A stretch of 64,000 nt of DNA. Origin: Gammaproteobacteria bacterium (GTDB lineage: Bacteria > Pseudomonadota > Gammaproteobacteria > Eutrophobiales > Eutrophobiaceae). Shown here one piece after another: positions 20,790 through 30,814 of this stretch; position 1 is the first letter of the stretch; the number at the start of each line of letters is the position of its first letter. The position numbers and the translations under genes are program-made. The DNA is taken from contig CBDEUK010000001.1 of the NCBI GenBank assembly GCA_965243205.1, positions 64,001 to 128,000 on the forward strand, written 5' to 3'. Below the pieces are notes generated by a model that did no database searches, was not told the DNA's origin, and saw only the letters and a list, made by a program, of their open reading frames with translations.

Positions 20790-21365
20790 TTATATTATTC
20801 GTTTTACTATTTTAGCTGGATTACCTGCAACTATGACATCGCTAGGAACGTCGTTTGTTACGACCGAACCAGCAGCAATAATAGCTCGACTTCCAATATT
20901 AACGCCTCTTAATATAATTGAATTCGCAGATAATAATACATCATCACCAATAGATATTTTTTTTGGATCTAACTCAATTTGTTGAGGAAAAGGATAACCG
21001 AACTTTGCTTTATACTGCATATGTCGAATTTCATGATTAAGAGGATGCGTTCGATTATCCATTATCGTAACATTATGAGATATTAATACTCTATTTCCTA
21101 TATCAATTGATTCTAATGCCCAAATACGTGTATTAACTCCAATATAAGAATAGTCACCGATAGAAATATTTCCTTTATTTAAAAAACAATATAATTCACC
21201 AAAACATTTCACATAATCTCCAATTATAATTTTTCCATGTGAATTCTTATTAAGAAGAATTTTTGAAAAATCAACTGTTGTATTTTTCCCCTGTTGTAGA
21301 TTCACTCCAAATTTTCGGTATTTGAAGTATTGTTTTTTTAAAAAATAATTTATATCACTTAGCAA
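20790..21365 (-). CDS. Hexapeptide-repeat (LbH) O-/N-acyltransferase
   Basis: [41 protein letters not shown]...VAGNPAK. Confidence 0.9.
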   Translation of the reverse strand: MLSDINYFLKKQYFKYRKFGVNLQQGKNTTVDFSKILLNKNSHGKIIIGDYVKCFGELYCFLNKGNISIGDYSYIGVNTRIWALESIDIGNRVLISHNVTIMDNRTHPLNHEIRHMQYKAKFGYPFPQQIELDPKKISIGDDVLLSANSIILRGVNIGSRAIIAAGSVVTNDVPSDVIVAGNPAKIVKRII

Positions 21366-21368
21366 TGT

Positions 21369-22130
21369 TTATATATCAGGTTTTAAACAATTTTTATTTA
21401 AAAATACTGTATCTATTGAATATGCAATAAAACAGTATCCTTCATCAATTTTTTTTATTAATTCATTTTTATCCGGTTCCACTATATGTATACCGCATGG
21501 TATTTTATATTTAATAGCGGTTGATTTAATTTTATTAATCACATCAATAAATTCGTTAGTATCAAACTCACCCACTCGATTCATCGAAGCAGAAAGATCA
21601 TAAGGTCCTATTAAAATTGCATCTAAACCTTTAACTTTTAAAATATCATCTAGATTATCAAGAGCAGAGATATGTTCAATCATTGCAACCAAAATTGGTG
21701 ATTGAGCTTCTTCATTATATTCACTGAAATATTTTCCAAATAAATTAGCCCTAGAAAATGCCACGCCTCTTTCTCCAGATGGAGGCCAACAGCAATAATC
21801 TTTAATATCAGCTAGCTGTTTAGCTGAATGTACCATCGGAATGATCACACCACCGGCGCCAGCGTCTAATGCTTGTTTACATTCTTTTTGACAACCTTGA
21901 GCCAGCCTTACTAAGGGTAAGGTATCACCTAATTCCAATGCACGAAATAAGTTAGGTAATGATTGATTGTTTATTGCACCATGTTCAAGGTCAATTGCCA
22001 CCCAATCGTATCCAGCATCTCCCATTATTTCTGCTACAGACGCATCAGGCAATTGCATCCAGCTTCCAATTGATGGCAAATCATTAGCAAGAGTTTGTCT
22101 TATAACTTTAATTTTATCTATTCGATTCAT
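21369..22130 (-). CDS. HpcH/HpaI-family class II pyruvate aldolase
   Basis: GYDWVAIDLEHG, LVR, ALDAGAGGVIIPMV, PPSGERG, MIE, IGPYDLSASM. Confidence 0.92.
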   Translation of the reverse strand: MNRIDKIKVIRQTLANDLPSIGSWMQLPDASVAEIMGDAGYDWVAIDLEHGAINNQSLPNLFRALELGDTLPLVRLAQGCQKECKQALDAGAGGVIIPMVHSAKQLADIKDYCCWPPSGERGVAFSRANLFGKYFSEYNEEAQSPILVAMIEHISALDNLDDILKVKGLDAILIGPYDLSASMNRVGEFDTNEFIDVINKIKSTAIKYKIPCGIHIVEPDKNELIKKIDEGYCFIAYSIDTVFLNKNCLKPDI

Positions 22131-22771
22131 AAACTAGTAAAATCTTTAATATTCATACCTTGAAAATCTTTAAATACTTCTTGATTTGAATTATGTCGTC
22201 TAAGAATAAAGTTTATATTATTTAATTCAGCAGCTTGTTGGTCAGCTATTGCATCACCTATCATTACACATTCATTGGAAGCAATATTTTTATTAGATAA
22301 TACAGTTTTAATTGCTTCTTTTTTACTTGTAGATGATCCAAAAACATCAGAAAAACATTTTATGAGTTTAAGCTCATTAAGAATAATATCCAATTCATTA
22401 TCTGGTGTAGCTGAAACTAAAATAAACTCCTGTTGAAACTGATTATTTCGAATATATTTCTCAACACCTGGAACCCAAGAAGATTTAATAACATTATTTA
22501 GTACTATCCTACTAAACTTATCAAATAACTTATCCAATACTTGCTGATTACAATCTTCACCTGCCCATTCCATATATAATGGAATTTTTTTAAAGCGCGA
22601 CATACCACCATTCGCTTCATGATGTTTTTTTACTTTTTGTACAATATTATCACCATAAGACTCAAATAATTGCATAAATGCTCTTGTTTTAACATCGACA
22701 GAATCTTTTATTACACCATCAAAATCCCAAAATATAATTTTTGATTCTACTAGAATAGTATTTACATTCAT
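22127..22771 (-). CDS. HAD-family phosphatase
   Basis: WDFDGVIKDS (motif I), VSATP, K, MIGDAIAD. The ATG at 22771 overlaps the upstream stop (ATGA); the ORF-track start is 22783. Confidence 0.88.
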   Translation of the reverse strand: MNVNTILVESKIIFWDFDGVIKDSVDVKTRAFMQLFESYGDNIVQKVKKHHEANGGMSRFKKIPLYMEWAGEDCNQQVLDKLFDKFSRIVLNNVIKSSWVPGVEKYIRNNQFQQEFILVSATPDNELDIILNELKLIKCFSDVFGSSTSKKEAIKTVLSNKNIASNECVMIGDAIADQQAAELNNINFILRRHNSNQEVFKDFQGMNIKDFTSL

Positions 22772-23616
22772 GGCCTTTTCCATATTTGATTATATGAATT
22801 TTGAAACCCTGTAGTAGAAGATGCAATCATGTCAGAATGTAATTTTCCTTCCAGAACTAAACCCGACTCTTGTAATATTTTTTCACAATTATCTGCTTGT
22901 TCTTTAAAGTCATCATTGACTTCTATTAATATTTGTTTCACATTTTTTAAAATCTCTTTACATCCCATTAATATATAATGTTCTAATCCATCGACATCCA
23001 TTTTTATATATTCGGGTGCTGGAATAGACAGTATATTGAAAGCATCATCTCCTTTTAAACCATATGTTTGATATTCGAATATTTTTTTAATTTCTTTACC
23101 ATCCCAACCAAAAGCTCTGTCAAATGTTGATAGAGCACCACCCCATTCAGTAGTTGTTAATTGCATTTGACTAATACCATTCTTGTCACATAACGCAAAT
23201 GGGAGAATAGATATTTTATTAGAAAGTTTATTAAGATTAATATTTCTAGCCAATATCTCTAAATTAAACACTGAAGGTTCAAATGCCCATACATCTATAT
23301 TTCTAGTCTTTGCAGCATAAATAGAATATAAACCGACATTTGCTCCTATGTCCCATAATATAGATGCTTCGGGTAACGAATCTATCCAATTTAATGTCTC
23401 AGGTTCTTTTTTTGAAAAAGTCTCTGCTCGCCATGAACATAATCTATTTGGTGTAGAAAATATAAAATCCATATTATTATGTGTTAGTTCTTTCGTATCA
23501 TTAATAGAAATATCTATTATCTGATTATGTATGTACGAGCCTATACTAAAGCTTCTACTACTCTTTATTAGTGCATTAATAATCGTTTTAAGTAAAGACT
23601 TTATGTATTTAATCAT
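22768..23616 (-). CDS. FkbM-family methyltransferase
   Basis: KEPETL.WI, WDIGANVGLYS, AFEPS..N, YIKMDVDGLE. Confidence 0.9.
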   Translation of the reverse strand: MIKYIKSLLKTIINALIKSSRSFSIGSYIHNQIIDISINDTKELTHNNMDFIFSTPNRLCSWRAETFSKKEPETLNWIDSLPEASILWDIGANVGLYSIYAAKTRNIDVWAFEPSVFNLEILARNINLNKLSNKISILPFALCDKNGISQMQLTTTEWGGALSTFDRAFGWDGKEIKKIFEYQTYGLKGDDAFNILSIPAPEYIKMDVDGLEHYILMGCKEILKNVKQILIEVNDDFKEQADNCEKILQESGLVLEGKLHSDMIASSTTGFQNSYNQIWKRP

Positions 23617-23628
23617 TTAACAATCTAA

Positions 23629-24531
23629 TTAATTCTCTTGTTTTTCTTTAATTTCGGCTATTAACTCTAATAAACCTTGTCCTAAGTCAACATGCATAGG
23701 ATGAACATACTTTCTACCTAACTTTGGCTGATATGCATAAGGAGTTCTAATATAATGTCCTGTATGTTCGCTTTCATTGAATTTAACATTTTGATCCAGA
23801 CCTAATATTTCAGCAATCATCTTTAAGAAATCTAAAACTCGCATAGGCTCTTGGCCAGTTAGTACAACATGTTGATTACAAAACTCATCGTTTAATGCAG
23901 CAACACTAGCTATAGCTGCATCGACAACATGTATATATTCCCTCATTGCTTCTATACTGCCTTCGTAACTAACTTCTGATGTATCCAATGCACGTTTAAT
24001 TACTCTCCATACTCCATTATGATGATCCGATCGTGGTCCATATAAAGAACCATAACGCAATACCGTATAATCCAGATCAAAGTTACGTTTATATTCTTCA
24101 ATATAATTTTCAGCAGCAATTTTACTACAACGATAAAAACCACCTTCTCTGCTATGGACATAAACCGTACTTGCAAACATATAACGTTGAACATTATTTT
24201 TTACACAAGCATCTAGCACTTGTGCATTACCCAATATATTGACTTTCGCTGTCTCAACAGGCATTTTCATTGCAACATCTAAATCAGCAATTGCCGCAAA
24301 ATTATAAACTATGTCACAACCTTTAATTGCTTGGTCTAATTTCTCAACATTGAGTACATCATCAATAATTATTTCTTGATCTTTGCTAATATAAGGAGAG
24401 TCTTCTTTATCAAATATTCTAACTTCATAATCGTCATTACATAGGGCATCAACTACATGGCTCCCAAGAAAACCTGAACCGCCAATTACTAAAACTTTTT
24501 TTGCATCATCATTTTTCATTTTAATACTCAT
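23629..24531 (-). CDS. NAD-dependent epimerase/dehydratase
   Basis: GGSGFLGSH, NFAAIAD, FASTVYV, YRCSK, RYGSLYGP. Confidence 0.88.
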   Translation of the reverse strand: MSIKMKNDDAKKVLVIGGSGFLGSHVVDALCNDDYEVRIFDKEDSPYISKDQEIIIDDVLNVEKLDQAIKGCDIVYNFAAIADLDVAMKMPVETAKVNILGNAQVLDACVKNNVQRYMFASTVYVHSREGGFYRCSKIAAENYIEEYKRNFDLDYTVLRYGSLYGPRSDHHNGVWRVIKRALDTSEVSYEGSIEAMREYIHVVDAAIASVAALNDEFCNQHVVLTGQEPMRVLDFLKMIAEILGLDQNVKFNESEHTGHYIRTPYAYQPKLGRKYVHPMHVDLGQGLLELIAEIKEKQEN

Positions 24532-24545
24532 CTGAATATTTTATT

Positions 24546-25475
24546 TTATAATAGACCATGCTCTTGCAAACCAACTATTAACCTAGCACATGCTTCCTGT
24601 TCCATCATACTTCTAGATTCAGCAGCATATGAACCCATATGAGCAGAAAATTGAATGTTATCTAATTCAAGTAATTTACCTTCGTATGGCTCATCAACAA
24701 AGCAATCAAAAGCAGCACCGCGTATTCGATTTTCATTTAAAGCGATATATAAAGCATCTTCATCAACAAGACCTCCTCTTGCCACGTTAATTAAAATAGC
24801 ATTATCTTTTAGTTTTTTAAAAACATCAGCATTAATAATATTATGTGATTCAGAACTATAAGGAACATGTAGGCTAATAATATCGCTATTTTGATAAATA
24901 TAATCTAAAGATACTTTTTCTATCTCTTCTGAAGCTTCTACATCATCGACATCATAGACGATAACTCTTTTAGCAAGAGGATGTAACATATTTGCAACTA
25001 AACGCCCTATACGGCCATAACCTATAATACCTATTGTTTGTTTTGATATTAAATTTCCCATCAATGGTTGCCATTCCCCTTTTCTTATTATTCGATCAGT
25101 TTCAGGTAAACGCCTAGCTAGAGAAAAGATATGAGCTAGTGTTAATTCAGCTACTGAACGACTTGGCGCATCAGGAGTATTAAAGATACTTATATTATTA
25201 TCTTTAGCATAGGTTAAATCGACATTATCTATTCCAATTCCACATCTTGAAATTACTTTTATATTTGGCGCTTTATTTAGAACAGATTCTGTTAAAGGTT
25301 CAACTCCAGCAACCATTCCGAATACGTCATCATCCATCAGTTCGGAAACTGTTTCTTCTGTCAATCGTTTTCCATATGGATTTGTTATAAGTTCATATCC
25401 TTTTGATTCAACTTTCTCTTTATCTATAAAATTATTTAAATTAAATGTTGATGTTGTAAATAGTAATTTTGGCAT
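24546..25475 (-). CDS. D-2-hydroxyacid dehydrogenase (phosphoglycerate dehydrogenase-like, no ACT domain)
   Basis: ISRCGIGIDNVD, SVAEL, GIIGYGRIG, ISLHVP, INVARGGLVDE, D.F..EP, SAHMGS. Confidence 0.9.
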   Translation of the reverse strand: MPKLLFTTSTFNLNNFIDKEKVESKGYELITNPYGKRLTEETVSELMDDDVFGMVAGVEPLTESVLNKAPNIKVISRCGIGIDNVDLTYAKDNNISIFNTPDAPSRSVAELTLAHIFSLARRLPETDRIIRKGEWQPLMGNLISKQTIGIIGYGRIGRLVANMLHPLAKRVIVYDVDDVEASEEIEKVSLDYIYQNSDIISLHVPYSSESHNIINADVFKKLKDNAILINVARGGLVDEDALYIALNENRIRGAAFDCFVDEPYEGKLLELDNIQFSAHMGSYAAESRSMMEQEACARLIVGLQEHGLL

Positions 25476-25492
25476 AATTATTTGCTACTGAT

Positions 25493-26161
25493 TTAGTTTG
25501 ATGGGCAATAAAATATAAGTGTCTGTTCTTTTCCTTTAATCGTATTTGCAGGCATTTTTTCATTATTATTATATGATTCTATAATTTTTTTCTTATTAAG
25601 CCCTTTTGCAAGAAAAATAACAATTCGAGATCGATTTAATCTTTGTGATGATAATGTAACTCTTTCAGCTGGATATTTAGGTGAGTTCTTAACCTCGAGA
25701 ACATCTGGGGCTTTTGGGTTATTCCCTATATCATTATCTGGAAATAAACTAGCTGTATGCCCATCTTCTCCGATACCAAGAAGAGTAATATCAAAAATCG
25801 GTATATCTTTAAGTTTAGTTCTATACAGATTTGTAGCCTTATGTACTCCTAGTTCGCCTTTTATTCGATGAACATTTGGATTTTGAATGGGCAGGTAAGA
25901 AAAAAGAAAATCTTCGGCCATAATACTATTTAAGTTTTTATCTGTTAATTTCAAGCACCGTTCATCACTGAACCAAAAATGCCATGCATTCCAATCTGTA
26001 TCTATTTGACTAAAAAACGGATATATTGATTTTGGTGTATCTCCACCGGCTAGCACGATATTAAAAACTGATTGTTTTTTTAAAGTACTTGATGCAATAG
26101 TCGAAATATAATTTATCACTTTATCTGCTAACTGCTCTAAATTTGAAACTGTTATAAGCAA
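25493..26161 (-). CDS. pgl: 6-phosphogluconolactonase
   Basis: LAGGDTP, FSDER, LLGIGEDGHTASLFP, SPKYPAERVTLS. Confidence 0.9.
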   Translation of the reverse strand: MLITVSNLEQLADKVINYISTIASSTLKKQSVFNIVLAGGDTPKSIYPFFSQIDTDWNAWHFWFSDERCLKLTDKNLNSIMAEDFLFSYLPIQNPNVHRIKGELGVHKATNLYRTKLKDIPIFDITLLGIGEDGHTASLFPDNDIGNNPKAPDVLEVKNSPKYPAERVTLSSQRLNRSRIVIFLAKGLNKKKIIESYNNNEKMPANTIKGKEQTLIFYCPSN

Positions 26162-26182
26162 TGTTTTATTAGTAAATTAATT

Positions 26183-27223
26183 TTAATTTACTAATTCCCA
26201 TGTAACAGGTGTGCCGCGAGTAACATTTTGATTTAATTTCTTTCCAATAATATCTGAAAGATATTTAGGTTCTAAACCGCTACCTGGCCTTAATGATTTC
26301 ACATCTTTTTCTGTAAGCATCTGACCTTTTTTAAGATCATTAATAATGAATAATGAACGACGATATTGTTTAAAGCTGTTCTCAATTTCACTTTTATTAT
26401 AAGTAACATCACCTAATGATAAAAATGTATTTCTACAACTTCGAGTTAAAGTAAATAATTCATTAGGCTCAATTGAGAAATCTGAATCAACTCCTCCGTC
26501 TGTTCTAGCAAGTGTAAAATGTTTTTCAATAATAGACGCACCTAAGGCAACTGCAGCAATCGAAACTTCGATACCTAGAGTATGATCAGATAAACCAGCC
26601 AAGGTATTAAATCGCTCTGTTAAATCCGGAATTGTTTTTAAATTCATATCTTGGTATGGGGCTGGGTAAGCACTGGTACATTTTAACAAAGCAATATCCT
26701 TAGCCCCTGCAGAGTTAGCTACATCCATAGCTTCAGAAATTTCTTCCAAAGAGGCCATCCCTGTTGACATAATTATTGGCTTTCCAGTGCTCACGCATTT
26801 TTTTATTAATTCGTGATCAACTAGTTCAAATGAGGCTATTTTATACGCTGGAGCATTTAGAGATTCTAGGAAATCTACTGCTGTTGAATCGAAAGGACTA
26901 CTAAAAATTGTAATTCCTATTTCTCTACCTAGATTAAACAATTCTTCATGCCATTCCCAAGGCGTGGAAGCTTTTCTATATAATTCATATAGATGTTCGC
27001 CATCCCATGGATTTTCTCCTGCAACTCTAAAACGAGGGTGTTCAACATTTAAAGTCATGGTATCAGCAGTATATGTCTGTAATTTCACTGCATCCGCACC
27101 AGATTTTTTAGCTTGTTTTATAATCGAAATTGCTCTATCTATTGAACCATTATGATTACCGGACATTTCTGCAATAATATATGGAGGAAATCCCTTTCCT
27201 ATTTCTCTGCCATTAATATACAT
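26183..27223 (-). CDS. pseI: Pseudaminic acid synthase (NeuB family)
   Basis: IIAEMSGNHNG, KLQTYTADTMT, TPWEWH, FSSPFD, YKIASFE, LKCTSAYPA, GLSDHT, IEKHF, DSDFS; C-terminal AFP/SAF domain. Confidence 0.92.
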   Translation of the reverse strand: MYINGREIGKGFPPYIIAEMSGNHNGSIDRAISIIKQAKKSGADAVKLQTYTADTMTLNVEHPRFRVAGENPWDGEHLYELYRKASTPWEWHEELFNLGREIGITIFSSPFDSTAVDFLESLNAPAYKIASFELVDHELIKKCVSTGKPIIMSTGMASLEEISEAMDVANSAGAKDIALLKCTSAYPAPYQDMNLKTIPDLTERFNTLAGLSDHTLGIEVSIAAVALGASIIEKHFTLARTDGGVDSDFSIEPNELFTLTRSCRNTFLSLGDVTYNKSEIENSFKQYRRSLFIINDLKKGQMLTEKDVKSLRPGSGLEPKYLSDIIGKKLNQNVTRGTPVTWELVN

Positions 27224-27231
27224 TGGTTTAG

Positions 27232-29172
27232 TTATACTCTATTTAGCGCCCAAGTTGTGTTTTTAGTGTTGTCATCAATTTTAATAAATCCCGCATTGGC
27301 TGCTATTTTTTCAGATATTGTATTTCCTTTTAATATTCTAGCAATCAGTGTTTTATCAATTTTATTAACTGCAGCTTTGAGCATCTCTTTTCCTATACCT
27401 CTTTCTCGAAATAATGGAGCAATAGTCCATGAGATCTCCCATTCTGAATTTGAACTCATTTTATCGAGTCTGATCATACCCACTGCGTCATTATGTTTAA
27501 TAGCTAGGTATAATAATCTTTCATTATTATCTAACTGTTTTTTAAACCATGAATGATGTTCATCCCATCTTAATATTTGTTTATTGAAAGAATTCTGCCT
27601 AGTCTCTGGATCATTCCTCCATTCAAATAAACATCTAGCATCATTTAAACATGCTTCTCTGAAATGTATGTCTGATTTACCTGAATTTTCTTTTAACCAG
27701 AGTTTAAGTTCATCAATGTTATTTATATATTCCGTATTATATATTTTCTGATTTAATTTTATCTTTCCAGTCGGATCGTAATATGCTGATGGTACTCCCA
27801 AAAGTTGGGCAATATATGCAGTCGACGTAAACGGCATTGATATAACAGCATCAGCACTTTTAATTACCCTATATAAATCGGATGTCACTTCCAGCAAATT
27901 AATTTGTTGTTGTTTTGCCAATGTCTCTATAAAATTCCAATACCTCATATCATGAGAATCAGAGTTACCTCGTTTACTTTTCAAACTAAGTAATTTATTT
28001 GCTGGTGTCGATTCAATGATATCAATTAAAAATTGTCGGCAGTTTTCAAACGTATACAGTTGAGTACCACGTAAATAAGTATATTTTCGTAACCAATCTA
28101 AATCACAAGGAATCACATCAAAAACCAGCACCCCTCCTGTTAAATTTGGTCGGTTATCATTATTGGAATTAAATAATACTGGGCCAGTTACTTCTGTTCT
28201 GCCTGAATAATTTTCTATACTATTAAGCCATTCGGCATGAAAATCATTCCAAACATAAGATATATCACAGTCGTAATATCGATATGGTGGAAAATTCACA
28301 GCCTCTATATCTTTTTCAAATTGAAATGGAACTGAATTTGTTGAATACCAATATATTCCATATATAAATGATTTGTTATTTAAAGAAACTAAAGGCATCA
28401 ACTGCGAATTGTAATTTGAATTACTGTCGAGATAATATTCAATTAATTTTTTATTATTTAAAAAATTTAATAATGGATGAATTGCTATATCTCTATAAAG
28501 CAAACTCAGTATCGGGTAACGTGAAAAAAAATATAAATAAATTACATTATTAACAATAATGGATAATGCTACTTGAAATCTCTCATGAAATCGAACTCTT
28601 CTATCTTTCAATATTTCATAAATCGGATTTCTCACATAAGAGATGGTGCCATATTCATCCTTAAGATCACTACCAATTAATATATTGTTTGATTCATTTA
28701 GAAATTTTAATGGCCCTTCATTACAAAACTCCTCAAAATGTTTGGCTTTTGATCCACCCACTTGTTTTTCAAATCCAAAACAATTCATTATTGAATATTT
28801 TCCTGTTTTAGTTTTGCTCGTAAATGGAAATAACCTAACGATTATTAATAAGGATAATACTATGAATCTTGATACATTATAGAGCCATAAATAAACAGTA
28901 GGCCTGATAATACTGGAATCCAGTTCTAATATTATGTCCCCGTATTTTTTCTTAGAATAATCCTCTTTTTTAGATTCTATAAATGGTATAAATATATCAT
29001 TTGTAATCAATTGCCCTAATCTTCTTACAATACTGGAATTGTCATACCCTAAAAAAGAATAATTATATCCTTCTAAAATTGCATCTATATCAATCTGTAA
29101 ATGACTGAAAGCACGATTTATCTGATTCTGTAAAGATTCACCTTTGAACACATTATCTTTTTGCAACATCAT
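27232..29172 (-). CDS. PFTS-motif polysaccharide biosynthesis protein (putative GT-B transferase) fused to a C-terminal PseH-like GNAT domain
   Basis: YWYSTN, VFDVIP, LKSKR and VISMPFTSTAYIA..GVPSAYYDP (PFTS motif), followed in frame by FREACLNDARCLFEWRND...HHSWF...VGMIRLD...FRERGIGK...N..SEKI...AGF (GNAT). Confidence 0.75.
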   Translation of the reverse strand: MMLQKDNVFKGESLQNQINRAFSHLQIDIDAILEGYNYSFLGYDNSSIVRRLGQLITNDIFIPFIESKKEDYSKKKYGDIILELDSSIIRPTVYLWLYNVSRFIVLSLLIIVRLFPFTSKTKTGKYSIMNCFGFEKQVGGSKAKHFEEFCNEGPLKFLNESNNILIGSDLKDEYGTISYVRNPIYEILKDRRVRFHERFQVALSIIVNNVIYLYFFSRYPILSLLYRDIAIHPLLNFLNNKKLIEYYLDSNSNYNSQLMPLVSLNNKSFIYGIYWYSTNSVPFQFEKDIEAVNFPPYRYYDCDISYVWNDFHAEWLNSIENYSGRTEVTGPVLFNSNNDNRPNLTGGVLVFDVIPCDLDWLRKYTYLRGTQLYTFENCRQFLIDIIESTPANKLLSLKSKRGNSDSHDMRYWNFIETLAKQQQINLLEVTSDLYRVIKSADAVISMPFTSTAYIAQLLGVPSAYYDPTGKIKLNQKIYNTEYINNIDELKLWLKENSGKSDIHFREACLNDARCLFEWRNDPETRQNSFNKQILRWDEHHSWFKKQLDNNERLLYLAIKHNDAVGMIRLDKMSSNSEWEISWTIAPLFRERGIGKEMLKAAVNKIDKTLIARILKGNTISEKIAANAGFIKIDDNTKNTTWALNRV

Positions 29173-29174
29173 AA

Positions 29175-29699
29175 TTACAGCTTTAACCGCATCCGAAAAA
29201 CATTCACATCATAATCTTCTGCTATGACTTTGAAGCCTGATTTGATGTAAGATTGGACAGCAGCTTGATTATCTTTTTCAACACCTAGATAGATGGTATT
29301 GATACCATACAATAAATTCAATTTTCTAGAAGTTGTAGTAATTATTTCGGAACTGACTCCTTTCCCTCTCCATTTTTTTTCTCCAATTAATATACCCATC
29401 GTTGCTGAGGAATTATCAAAATCAATAGGCTCATACTTAATATTGCCTATGTGCTCCATATTTTTTTTGGAAAAAATGCCTAGAAATAGACAATTATTAT
29501 TACTTTTTTTATCAACTATATATTTTTTTAAATTCTCTAAATCATCACTATTTGTTTTATATTGTATATATTTTTCTACTTGTTCATCACGAAACCAATC
29601 TAAATATTTTTTTGTCGCATGGGCTTCGTTGAGTTCTTTGAGCATAAAACGCTCTGACTCAATAATTAATTCATCCAGTTGCCCTTTTAAACTACACAT
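29175..29699 (-). CDS. GNAT N-acyltransferase (RimJ/RimL-like)
   Basis: YLDWFRD, HIGNIK, GILIGEKKWRGKG, LGV..DN.AA...Y.K.GF. Confidence 0.88.
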   Translation of the reverse strand: MCSLKGQLDELIIESERFMLKELNEAHATKKYLDWFRDEQVEKYIQYKTNSDDLENLKKYIVDKKSNNNCLFLGIFSKKNMEHIGNIKYEPIDFDNSSATMGILIGEKKWRGKGVSSEIITTTSRKLNLLYGINTIYLGVEKDNQAAVQSYIKSGFKVIAEDYDVNVFRMRLKL

Positions 29700-29756
29700 C
29701 TATTTCTATAAAATAACAAAACAAATACATTATATACTGCACATATATGAGGATGG

Positions 29757-30812
29757 TTATAAATTGTTATTACTGATTATGTATTCAAGCGATGGATGAA
29801 AATTATTTTTTTGTGCAGCAACAATGTTGAACGAAATATCGGACATTTTTTTGACTTGTTGAGGGTTATTGAATAATTCCAAAAAAGCATTCTTATAATC
29901 GTCCTTGGATAGTTCATCTATATATCCAAGATATCGTATTGCGCCACTCTCAGCTAAATCTTCTGTCGTTTGCCGTTGGTTTTCAGCAAAAGCTACAGTA
30001 ATTGATGGCAAACCAAGATAACAACGCTCCCAGGTTGTAGCACCACCTGCTCCAAATGCGAGGTCTGCGTCATTCATTAATTTTGAAATATTGCTGACTT
30101 GCTGATGATACACAACATTATTCATTTCAAGACACAGGTTACGTATGTTATTTTTATTAGGATTAGATTCCCCTACAACAACATCTATTTTTATGTTTAT
30201 ATTATTTAATTCAGATAATTCTGTGAGAACTATTTCTGTCTGGTTAGTGGGATCTGATGAACCAAAAAAAACTAATATATGGTTTATCTTGCCAGTTCTA
30301 TCTTTGAGTTTTTCTTTGACTAAATAAAACTCTTTTCTTAATAGCGCATAAGCAGGACCTAACAATTTGATACATTTAGGTGAAACCAATTCGTTATAAC
30401 GAGTTTTCTGATTTTCATAATAATTTTGATCGAGCAAGATATCACAGTCGTGTTTTCTATCAGCCAGGTCATCTATAGCCATAATTTTACCAACAAAATT
30501 ACGTATCTTTGATTCCCATTCAACATCAAGTAAATAATGATCCACTATCAACCAATCGATTTTTTGATGTTCACTTGCAATAACTTCCATGTCTTCAATA
30601 TCTTCTGACCAAGTAAAATTCGATACATTATTCAATGGTATCAACTCAAACCCTTCAAAACGTATCTGCTGATATGCATTACCATCAAATTCCCTAGAAA
30701 CAAAAAATACGTTATCTCCTCGTTCCCTTAAATCATTTGCCAGAGTTAAACAACGCATAACATGTCCTGAACCTATATCAATAGAGGCATCTACCCGAAA
30801 ACAAATATTCAA
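29757..30812 (-). CDS. pseG: UDP-2,4-diacetamido-2,4,6-trideoxy-beta-L-altropyranose hydrolase
   Basis: FRVDAS..IGSGHVMRCLTLA, IVDHY, IDDLADR.HDCDILLDQN, FGSSD, GAGGATTWERC.LGLP, AENQ. Confidence 0.93.
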   Translation of the reverse strand: MNICFRVDASIDIGSGHVMRCLTLANDLRERGDNVFFVSREFDGNAYQQIRFEGFELIPLNNVSNFTWSEDIEDMEVIASEHQKIDWLIVDHYLLDVEWESKIRNFVGKIMAIDDLADRKHDCDILLDQNYYENQKTRYNELVSPKCIKLLGPAYALLRKEFYLVKEKLKDRTGKINHILVFFGSSDPTNQTEIVLTELSELNNINIKIDVVVGESNPNKNNIRNLCLEMNNVVYHQQVSNISKLMNDADLAFGAGGATTWERCYLGLPSITVAFAENQRQTTEDLAESGAIRYLGYIDELSKDDYKNAFLELFNNPQQVKKMSDISFNIVAAQKNNFHPSLEYIISNNNL

Positions 30813-30814
30813 AA

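Noticed and set aside
29293-29799. 168-aa plus-strand ORF and the other short antisense ORFs across the cluster
   Set aside because: They overlap well-supported minus-strand genes and have no recognisable motifs.
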